Positions 25,988 through 32,726 of a stretch of DNA of 45,270 nt are shown piece after piece (the first letter of the stretch is position 1; each line of letters begins with the position of its first letter). A program made the translations under genes and the position numbers. The DNA lies in assembly GCA_049799615.1 (NCBI GenBank), contig JBARIF010000065.1, forward strand, positions 1 to 45,270, in the 5' to 3' direction. Under the pieces are notes generated by a model. That model was not told the DNA's origin, did not search any database, and was given only the letters and a program-made list of their open reading frames with translations. The stretch is from Terriglobales bacterium. GTDB lineage: Bacteria; Acidobacteriota; Terriglobia; Terriglobales; Acidobacteriaceae.

Positions 25988-26017
25988 AAATATTAAAGCA
26001 CAAGTGGAGGTGTCAAA

Positions 26018-26926
26018 ATGCCGGCAACGGTAAAATCAGAGTCCTCCCGAACTCATCCTCGGGAACCGTCCTTTGTTAATCTTCTTTCCGGCTGGGCCCA
26101 ACAGGGCGTACAGGGTTTCTTTGCTACGCAACGGATCCTGCTGGATCTTGCTATGCGACAGAACACAAGCGTCATGCACTCGGTGCGGCAGCAATTGACC
26201 GATCCCCAGCACTCGCCGGCGGCCATTCTTGGCGAAGTAGCCGGGGAGGGCGTAACCAACTTCATTGAGGGACAGAAAGTACTGCTTGAACTGGGACTAA
26301 GACAACATGAGCTCCTGATGTCCGGCGTGAAGGAACGTATCGAGGATCCGCGCGCAAACCATGCGGTTGATCTGCTGCGGCGTAGCGTGGAGACATTCAT
26401 CCACATGCAGCAGGAATTCCTGAAGATTGCCGGAAAGCAGACTCATGCCTGGGTGGAGGCAGCCAAGGCGGGGAAGCCGTACCAGACCGAACTGCTGGCG
26501 GACCTGGCCCGTGAAGGTATGGAGAACTTTGTCAAAGCCCAGAAACAATTCATGGATGTCATCGCCGAGGAGACATCCAAAGTCATCGGCAGCAAGCACG
26601 GCAAGGGCTTCAAGAAGATCAAGAAGACCGAGTTGGCCGCACTGGCGCGCCAGGCAACGGAATCGTTCATCGATGCCCAAAGGAAGCTGGTTGATCTGGC
26701 CGGCAAGCAGATGAACGCCAACATGAAGACGGCAGGCAAGGTGCCGGAACTGCTGACGCCATTTCCCTTCGTGCCGTTCACTGAGCTCACGCGGGAAGGA
26801 GTGAAAAGCTACGTCGATGCCCAGAAGGCGCTGATGGATGTAATGGTAAAGCCGGGCGGAGAGCACAAATCCCACGGCAAGACCACGCACCACGCGAGGG
26901 CCAAGAAGCACGCAGCCGCGGCCTGA
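26018..26926 (+). CDS. Phasin-like protein built from six ~46-aa repeats, basic C-terminal tail
   Basis: The six recurring units are GVQGFFATQRILLDLAMRQ, GVTNFIEGQKVLLELGLRQ, SVETFIHMQQEFLKIAGKQ, GMENFVKAQKQFMDVIAEE, ATESFIDAQRKLVDLAGKQ and GVKSYVDAQKALMDVMVKP. The gene is divergent from phaR, and the tail is ...HHARAKKHAAAA. Confidence 0.6.
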   Translation: MPATVKSESSRTHPREPSFVNLLSGWAQQGVQGFFATQRILLDLAMRQNTSVMHSVRQQLTDPQHSPAAILGEVAGEGVTNFIEGQKVLLELGLRQHELLMSGVKERIEDPRANHAVDLLRRSVETFIHMQQEFLKIAGKQTHAWVEAAKAGKPYQTELLADLAREGMENFVKAQKQFMDVIAEETSKVIGSKHGKGFKKIKKTELAALARQATESFIDAQRKLVDLAGKQMNANMKTAGKVPELLTPFPFVPFTELTREGVKSYVDAQKALMDVMVKPGGEHKSHGKTTHHARAKKHAAAA

Positions 26927-26999
26927 TTGAGCAGCGGAGCGAACTCCAGGACTGTGAGTGGATTTGCGGTTTGGGCCCAGCGCGGGCCAGCCGAAGGAT

Positions 27000-27038
27000 C
27001 CTGCAGGGCCGAGTTGCACGGGCCCTGCAGGAGGTTTT
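27000..27038 (+). terminator. Rho-independent-type terminator: 11-bp stem, 10-nt loop, then GGTTTTC
   Basis: CCTGCAGGGCC (27000-27010) pairs with GGCCCTGCAGG (27021-27031), followed by a T-run at 27035-27038. It lies between convergent genes. Confidence 0.55.
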
Positions 27039-27068
27039 CGATTGAGCCCCAATGCTGGGGAACACGAA

Positions 27069-27827
27069 CTAACTTTCCTCGCTATGCAGTCCTCGGCGCG
27101 TAGCCTCAAGAGTGTTGATCAGTGACTCCTTAGGGAGCTTCTGAATGATCGGTTCGATAATCCATCCCAGCCCTAAAGGTACGTCTCGCGTCAGTGAAAT
27201 GGCTCGACACTCAACATACACTCCACCCTTTTGTTCCTGGAGTCTCCAGTAGGAATACAGGCGCCACAGGAATCCGTTCCCGGTATCGGGCGGCAGCACG
27301 CTTTCCCTGGGGGTTCCGGCATACTCCACTTCCGCAATCCGCGTGGTGTACGAGCGACAAACCCAGCGAGTTGGATGCAGAGGACGATAGTGCACCTCAT
27401 GATCCGTATCGAGGACTACGGTCAGGATCTTTTTCTTGAGAAGCCGTAAGAAGACTCGAAAGTCGTTGCCCTGACGGCTTATGAGCTTGGAAGCGATTAC
27501 GTCGGGCTTGTAGATATTCTTATGATTGTTGTAGTCCTGAATCAGGGCCAAGGTCTTTTTTAGGTTCGTAGCAGAAATGAATACGGCGCCGATCCAGTCA
27601 TGGATCAAACCATGGGGCACTTTGACCGGTCCTTGACCCTCCCAGAATTGCGCCACAACCTGTCCACCGCGGACCAACTGGGCCCTCTCGGAATTGACTT
27701 GAGACCACAGGAATGGGCCGCTTCCCTGGAGCGCATGCTCCATTCCGGTTTCCGCCGCACGAATGTATTCATCAAAAGCCTCGATGGTCTGAGGCTTCAA
27801 CTGCACTGGCCTTGCAGTTTGTGCCAT
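27069..27827 (-). CDS. Hypothetical protein, possible START/SRPBCC-like lipid-binding fold (weak)
   Basis: A 252-aa ORF with coding-like composition and an alternating beta-strand pattern (HDWIGAVFISATNLKKTLALIQDY, FRVFLRLLKKKILTVVLDTDHEVHY). I recognise no catalytic motif. Confidence 0.5.
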   Translation of the reverse strand: MAQTARPVQLKPQTIEAFDEYIRAAETGMEHALQGSGPFLWSQVNSERAQLVRGGQVVAQFWEGQGPVKVPHGLIHDWIGAVFISATNLKKTLALIQDYNNHKNIYKPDVIASKLISRQGNDFRVFLRLLKKKILTVVLDTDHEVHYRPLHPTRWVCRSYTTRIAEVEYAGTPRESVLPPDTGNGFLWRLYSYWRLQEQKGGVYVECRAISLTRDVPLGLGWIIEPIIQKLPKESLINTLEATRRGLHSEES

Positions 27828-28002
27828 GGCACTCCGTCTATTGCGAATCGTGGCACTGAAATGAAGCCATGGAGAGGCGCTCGCTTACCCAGGCGCCGCC
27901 GGGTTCATGGCCTGTGCTCCCCCCGTGCGCAGCGGGGATGGTTGTGGAACATTATTCGCTGGTTTCCGCAGGCGCGGCAACGCCGGAACGACGACCCCAC
28001 CT

Positions 28003-28719
28003 TCAAGAGAGCAACAGTTTCTCCAAGGCAGATTTGTTGCGGATGATCAGGGTAGCACCCTTCAATTGCAGCAGTTGCCTCTTCTTGAACTCGGAAAACA
28101 GGCGGCTGACCGTCTCGCGCGTGGTTCCGATCATCTCTGCGATTTCTTCGTGGGTGAGAGTCAGTTTGATATGCGAAGGATCAGCCGACTTGGCCGCGTC
28201 TGCCGACCACGAGAGGAGCAGCTTGGCCAGCTTCTCTGCGGGTGAACTTGCCAGTCCCAACATGCGGACTTCCTCGAAGGCCGAGTAGTAATTACGGCTG
28301 AGCTGCTCTGCCACGCGCAGCGCAATTTCTCCATTTTCGCGCAGGAATTGCAGCAGCGCATCGCGGGTAATGAAGTTTGCCTGGCCCGGCTCCATCATCT
28401 CGGCGGTAAGCTCATAGGGCCGGTTGGAAATCGTCGCATTAAGTCCGAGAACATCGCCGGCTTCGGCGAGGTTGAGGATGACCGTTTTGCCTTCCCTGGA
28501 AGTGGTGTAAAGCTTCACTTTTCCGGTACACAGCACAAACACTCCACGCGGCTGCTGGCCCTCGATGAACAACATTGCCGACTTGGGATAAACCGCCGTG
28601 GACTTGATGTCGTTGAGCTTTTGCAGAGCGGGCAAAGACAAATTGCAGAAAACATGCTCTTCGCGCGCCGGACAGGTAGCGCAGTTGTCAATGATGTTCA
28701 GGCCGTAGGGCGCACGCAT
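28003..28719 (-). CDS. Crp/Fnr-family transcriptional regulator with N-terminal Cys cluster
   Basis: A cNMP-binding-like beta-roll (FIEGQQPRGVFVLCTGKVKLY) is followed by the C-terminal HTH LTHEEIAEMIGTTRETVSRLFSEFKK, which has a CRP-type R-E-x-x-x-R recognition helix. The N-terminus carries C-x2-C-x8-C (NCATCPAREEHVFC). I take the start as the Met at 28719. Confidence 0.9.
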   Translation of the reverse strand: MRAPYGLNIIDNCATCPAREEHVFCNLSLPALQKLNDIKSTAVYPKSAMLFIEGQQPRGVFVLCTGKVKLYTTSREGKTVILNLAEAGDVLGLNATISNRPYELTAEMMEPGQANFITRDALLQFLRENGEIALRVAEQLSRNYYSAFEEVRMLGLASSPAEKLAKLLLSWSADAAKSADPSHIKLTLTHEEIAEMIGTTRETVSRLFSEFKKRQLLQLKGATLIIRNKSALEKLLLS

Positions 28720-28752
28720 TGGGACCCCGCTACTGCAGGAATTGTAACACCG

Positions 28753-28768
28753 TGTGATTACCGTCACC
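28753..28768. promoter_or_regulatory. CRP-type binding site TGTGA-TTACCG-TCACC
   Basis: The site matches TGTGA-N6-TCACA at 9/10 positions. It lies 34 nt upstream of the crp-family start, in the divergent region with osmC. Confidence 0.45.
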
Positions 28769-28946
28769 AACCTCCGTGACCTGACCCACGGTTTTCGTAA
28801 GGCTGGTTGGAGACAATTCAAAAAGACCAGATCGGGAGGGTGAGAACCCACGCTCTAATTTCCGCTGATCGGGATCGGCCCGCGGAGGCCGGTTACCAGG
28901 GCTTTGAAGCTCTCGCAGTGCAGCATTTTTCTTAATCTGTAGCAAG

Positions 28947-29411
28947 ATGGAGGACGAAATGGACACGACACATAGATATCGAGCGCTGGCCTGGTGGAGT
29001 TCCGGACAAACCGGTCTGGCTAAGTCCGATTCCGCGCCCAACGCGATTCATTTCAGCGCGCCACTGCAATTCGGCGGGCTGGAAGGCCGCTGGACGCCCG
29101 AGGACCTATTGCTGGCGGCGCTGGCAAGTTGCTTTACGACTACCTTCCGGGCACTTGCGGGATACTCAAAATTCGAGTACACCGACTTGCAGGTGGAAGT
29201 TGAAGGCACGGTCAGCAAGGCTGAATCGGGATACAGCTTCAGGGAAATCATCCTCCGTCCAACCGTAACCATTCCGGCGGAAGAAAATCGCGATCGGGCG
29301 CTGCATCTGTTGCAGAAAACCAAGACAGCGTGCCTGGTTTCGAAGGCCCTGGCGACCGCCCCGGTGCTGGAGTCTCATGTGGAGATTGGTAGTGCTTTGC
29401 CGGTCGGCTGA
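28947..29411 (+). CDS. OsmC/Ohr-family peroxiredoxin-like protein
   Basis: WTPEDLLLAALASCFTTTF and KTACLVSKAL carry the two conserved Cys regions of OsmC. An alternative ATG at 28959 has GGAGGA 4 nt upstream. Confidence 0.85.
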   Translation: MEDEMDTTHRYRALAWWSSGQTGLAKSDSAPNAIHFSAPLQFGGLEGRWTPEDLLLAALASCFTTTFRALAGYSKFEYTDLQVEVEGTVSKAESGYSFREIILRPTVTIPAEENRDRALHLLQKTKTACLVSKALATAPVLESHVEIGSALPVG

Positions 29412-29428
29412 TGGGATTGTGAAGGGCC

Positions 29429-30694
29429 ATGAAAGGCGCATCCATCTCGAGAGCCCTGCTGGAATTGCTTCGCCGGCAGCTCCTGTATTTGGCAATCGCG
29501 GCTGGAGTCTATGCCATCTTCTGGGCTGCAACGGGACAGGTGCCCTCGCTCTCCCTGACCTTGATCTACTCTTTTTTTCTGGGAAATTTCACCACGCTGA
29601 CCATGGAAAACATGTGGATTCCCCGGTCAGCGCGTGAGTCTCCCTGGTACTGGCCGCTCAATCTGATTGTCCTGCTGGCGGTTACTTTCGTTGCCGTAAC
29701 GCTTTCGACACTCGTGGTTTTTCTGGTTTCGGCCGACGCGCAGGGAGATTTCAAGCACTATCTTTCCAGTGGCTGGAAGTTCCCAGCGGTCGCCAACCTG
29801 ATATTCGGGATGGCATTTTTCATTTACCGGGAGACCAAGTGCCGTCTGGAAGAGCGCAATCGACAATTGGAACGGACGGTTGAGCTGGGGGCCGCGGAAC
29901 GAGAACTGGATGATGCGGAACTCAAGCAGGCGCGTGAAATTCAAGAGGGACTCTTACCCAAGGAGCTTCCGCAACTGACCGAGTTCGAGATTGCTGGAGC
30001 CTGGGAACCGGCGTGCCTGGTCGGCGGCGACTACTACGACGTGATCCGGCTGGGCAAAGATAAGGTGGCGATTTGCATTGCTGACGTGGTCGGAAAAGGG
30101 ATCTCGGCGGCGCTGTTGATGGCCAATGTACAGGCATCGGTTCGAGCCTTTGCCACTGAAACCGCTTGCCCATCGTACGTATGCAGCCGGATCAATTCGG
30201 TGTTGTGCGCGAACATTGCATGTGGAAAATTTGTAACGCTCTTCTACGGTGTCCTTGATGCCAGCAGCCGAATTCTGCAATACACCAATGCGGGGCACCT
30301 GCGCCCGATCCTGATCGGCAACGACGGAAAACCGAAACACCTGGAAAACGGCGGTGCGCTGTTGGGTGTCTTCCCTGACTGGAAGTACGAGAACTCAACG
30401 GTCGAGCTGGACCCTGGTGACCTTTTCATGGCATTCACGGATGGAATCACGGAAGCCATGGACCGGGACGGCGAAGAGTTCGGGGAGGAGCGACTGATTC
30501 AGGTCGCGAGAAACACAGGTGGGAAATCCGTAGACGACCTGAAAGGGCAATTACTCGGAAGCGTGCAGAAATTCTGCGATTTTCGGATGCGGGATGACGC
30601 CACTTTGATCCTCATAGCAGCTTCTCGCGTCAGCCCGGAGCAAAGAAAGCCAGCCCTGTGCATGGTCGACGCGGGAGCAGTTGGCGGTTCGTGA
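29429..30694 (+). CDS. Membrane-anchored PP2C-type (SpoIIE/RsbU-family) serine phosphatase
   Basis: About 4 N-terminal TM helices and a coiled linker precede AREIQEGLLPKELP, GGDYYDV, IADVVGKGISAALLMA and FTDGITEA. Confidence 0.85.
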   Translation: MKGASISRALLELLRRQLLYLAIAAGVYAIFWAATGQVPSLSLTLIYSFFLGNFTTLTMENMWIPRSARESPWYWPLNLIVLLAVTFVAVTLSTLVVFLVSADAQGDFKHYLSSGWKFPAVANLIFGMAFFIYRETKCRLEERNRQLERTVELGAAERELDDAELKQAREIQEGLLPKELPQLTEFEIAGAWEPACLVGGDYYDVIRLGKDKVAICIADVVGKGISAALLMANVQASVRAFATETACPSYVCSRINSVLCANIACGKFVTLFYGVLDASSRILQYTNAGHLRPILIGNDGKPKHLENGGALLGVFPDWKYENSTVELDPGDLFMAFTDGITEAMDRDGEEFGEERLIQVARNTGGKSVDDLKGQLLGSVQKFCDFRMRDDATLILIAASRVSPEQRKPALCMVDAGAVGGS

Positions 30695-30796
30695 TTGCGG
30701 TCACATCGGGATGTGCTTCTGGTCATGGCCCTCCCCAAAGTTCGCGGCGAGACTACGACCAGTTCGGCAACGTAGTTAGGAACAGGAGGAAGCCCC

Positions 30797-31270
30797 ATGA
30801 TGATGCTATACCGGCTTGTCCGTCTGATCGAAACCCATTCGCAGGCTCTGGCCGCTTGCCTTCTCGATCGAGTGCAGAACTCCCAGGCGACTCCGGATTA
30901 CCGGAATGTACCCGGGGAAGAGTTGAAAGAGCGCGTATACGAGATCTATCGCCATCTGGGCGATTGGCTGATAAACCGAGATGAGTTCGATCTGGAGCAG
31001 CGATATTTGAAAATCGGTGCGCGCCGCGCCCAGCAGAACGTACCACTCAGCCAGGTGGCGTGGGCAATTATCCTGACCAAAGAAAATCTATGGGAATTCC
31101 TAAAGCAGGAGTCGGTACTGGAACGCCCCGTCGAAGCATTGGGTGAACTGGAGATGCTGCAGATGCTGAATCACTTCTTCGATCGGGCGATCTATTATGC
31201 GGCCGTCGGCTACGAGCGGGCGGTCGCCGAAATCGCTGCCGCCGATACCTGCGCGATGGCCGGCACCTAA
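30797..31270 (+). CDS. RsbRD_N-like (stressosome RsbR N-terminal-type) helical protein; assignment tentative
   Basis: A 157-aa all-helical ORF. GGAGG sits 7 nt upstream of the ATG. The pattern LVRLIETHSQALAACLLDRVQ...YRNVPGEELKERVYEIYRHLGDWL resembles PF14361. It neighbours the PP2C phosphatase. Confidence 0.5.
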   Translation: MMMLYRLVRLIETHSQALAACLLDRVQNSQATPDYRNVPGEELKERVYEIYRHLGDWLINRDEFDLEQRYLKIGARRAQQNVPLSQVAWAIILTKENLWEFLKQESVLERPVEALGELEMLQMLNHFFDRAIYYAAVGYERAVAEIAAADTCAMAGT

Positions 31271-31389
31271 TCAGGAAATGACAAGACCTGCCGCTGTTCA
31301 GGCGTGCACCCGAAATCGAGTATCACGCGGCAAAAAATTAAGTCTGCCCTTTTACAGAGGCCTGGCATGGGCCCAGGGGATCAGGCCGC

Positions 31390-31866
31390 TCATTTCGGGG
31401 TTTTGTCCTCGGGCGGGGAGTTGGTCTTGGCCAGGGAACGAACGTAATTCACCAGGTCCCAGAGCCCATCTGCCTTCATACGCTTGCCTTCCGGAGGCAT
31501 ATCGCCTTTGCCATTCTTGATTACGTAGAAGAGTTCTCCGTCGGTCTTATCTTTCAAGGTCGCAGGATTGGTGAAGTCGGAGACCTTCAGCTTCATGTCC
31601 TCCGCGATATCACCCTTGCCATCGCCGTCCTTGCCATGGCACATTGCGCAGTCGTAGCCCCACCATTTCTTGCCTCCAGCGATGGATTCTGGAGTCGGCT
31701 TAACCGGGTTGGCCTGTTTCACCGCATCGGCAGGAATGGGATGAGGCTCAACCGGCGCAGCTTTGGGGGGTGTTTGGGCCTGCTGGGCCGACGCAGCGAA
31801 CTCAAAAATAAGGAACAAAGCAACAGTCAAAAAGGTCTTCAACACGGCATGCCTCCGGCCATCCAA
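31390..31866 (-). CDS. Monohaem c-type cytochrome, exported
   Basis: A signal peptide (LTVALFLIFEFAASAQQ) is followed by CXXCH (CAMCH) and a distal GDMPPEG Met-ligand region. Confidence 0.8.
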   Translation of the reverse strand: MDGRRHAVLKTFLTVALFLIFEFAASAQQAQTPPKAAPVEPHPIPADAVKQANPVKPTPESIAGGKKWWGYDCAMCHGKDGDGKGDIAEDMKLKVSDFTNPATLKDKTDGELFYVIKNGKGDMPPEGKRMKADGLWDLVNYVRSLAKTNSPPEDKTPK

Positions 31867-32013
31867 GTTTGTCTGCAGCCCGGTTCTGAAGAACTGCGAC
31901 CAGGCCTTCGAGAAAAATACTGCTGCTCAGCTTTGCGAACCCGCAGTTACCGATCCGCATTAGCGATACGGATTATACGCCTCGGCGCCCGAACACTGGT
32001 CGGGAATCAATCG

Positions 32014-32067
32014 GGCAGTGACTCGGTTTGAAATTTCTCCTTACCCGCAGGCGTCATGGTGAACCGC
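32014..32067. repeat. Partial third copy (~87% identity) of the arm of the 2995-3190 palindromic element
   Basis: GGCAGTGACTCGGTTTGAAATTTCTCCTTACCCGCAGGCGTCATGGTGAACCGC aligns with the reverse complement of 3137-3190 (GGTAGTGGCTCAGTTTGAAATTTCTCCTTACCCACAGGCGTCATCCTGAACGGC). Confidence 0.6.
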
Positions 32068-32148
32068 ATGCGGGAGCCTGTTTGCAGGGAGCCTGAGAGC
32101 GGCTGTCCCTGCTGTTCCCAGCCCTGGATACCGGCAGGTGTTCCCGAT

Positions 32149-32164
32149 TGTGATTACGCTCACA
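32149..32164. promoter_or_regulatory. Perfect CRP-type site TGTGA-TTACGC-TCACA
   Basis: The half-sites match at 10/10, and the spacer closely resembles that of the 28753-28768 site (TTACCG). The site lies 71 nt upstream of the ATG at 32235, which heads the adhE-containing gene run. Confidence 0.5.
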
Positions 32165-32234
32165 CTTAGTCGTGATGTGTGCCACGGAATCAACTTAGCT
32201 TCGATGGTTTACTTGGACTCGTTACTACTGATTA

Positions 32235-32645
32235 ATGGACAAGAGTGAGGCGACTGCAATGGAACTGCGCAACTGGTCGAAGTCCGAATTCGAATACGGC
32301 CGCAGAGTTCTGAGTTCTGCGCTGGAAGGAGCGCGACGCGGTGGAGGAGCGTTTCTCCAGGGAAGACCCCTGACACCATTTCTTAGCGAAGGAGTTCGAG
32401 ATGCCCTGAAGCCTGCCGCGGTTGGAGCATGCATCGGCGTGCTGGGGAGTTGCCCAGGAGACCGTCGTAACTCTATCGGTAGAACGTTGGCATTCGGGCT
32501 GGTGGGATGGGCCATCGGATTTGGTGCGGGTATTGCCTGGAAGACGCGCGGTTTGACGGAGTGCGCCGCCAGCAATGCTTTCCGAAACATCAACAAACGG
32601 CGCGATGAGCACTGGCTGGAGAGGCATCCCATCGACTACGCGTAG
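32235..32645 (+). CDS. Small hypothetical membrane protein (two Gly-rich TM segments)
   Basis: A 136-aa ORF. AAVGACIGVLGS and TLAFGLVGWAIGFGAGIAW look like glycine-zipper TM helices. I recognise no family. Confidence 0.5.
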   Translation: MDKSEATAMELRNWSKSEFEYGRRVLSSALEGARRGGGAFLQGRPLTPFLSEGVRDALKPAAVGACIGVLGSCPGDRRNSIGRTLAFGLVGWAIGFGAGIAWKTRGLTECAASNAFRNINKRRDEHWLERHPIDYA

Positions 32646-32726
32646 AAACCGACAACAGGTTATAGCGCACACGTGGCGATTCCAGCAGGGGCTGACAGCA
32701 GGGAACAAGGGAACAGAGGAGGGAAA

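Noticed and set aside
26297-27109. 270-aa - strand ORF antisense to the phasin-like gene and crossing the terminator hairpin.
   Set aside because: It is a shadow ORF. It runs through the 27000-27038 hairpin and the intergenic region. Its sequence is Arg/Leu/Gly-rich with no motif, whereas the sense strand has a clear promoter, SD and repeat architecture.
30702-30715. Palindrome CACAT-CGGG-ATGTG just after the PP2C phosphatase stop.
   Set aside because: It is short, with half-sites in the opposite arrangement to the TGTGA-N6-TCACA sites. It could be a weak hairpin. The evidence is insufficient to call a site or a terminator.
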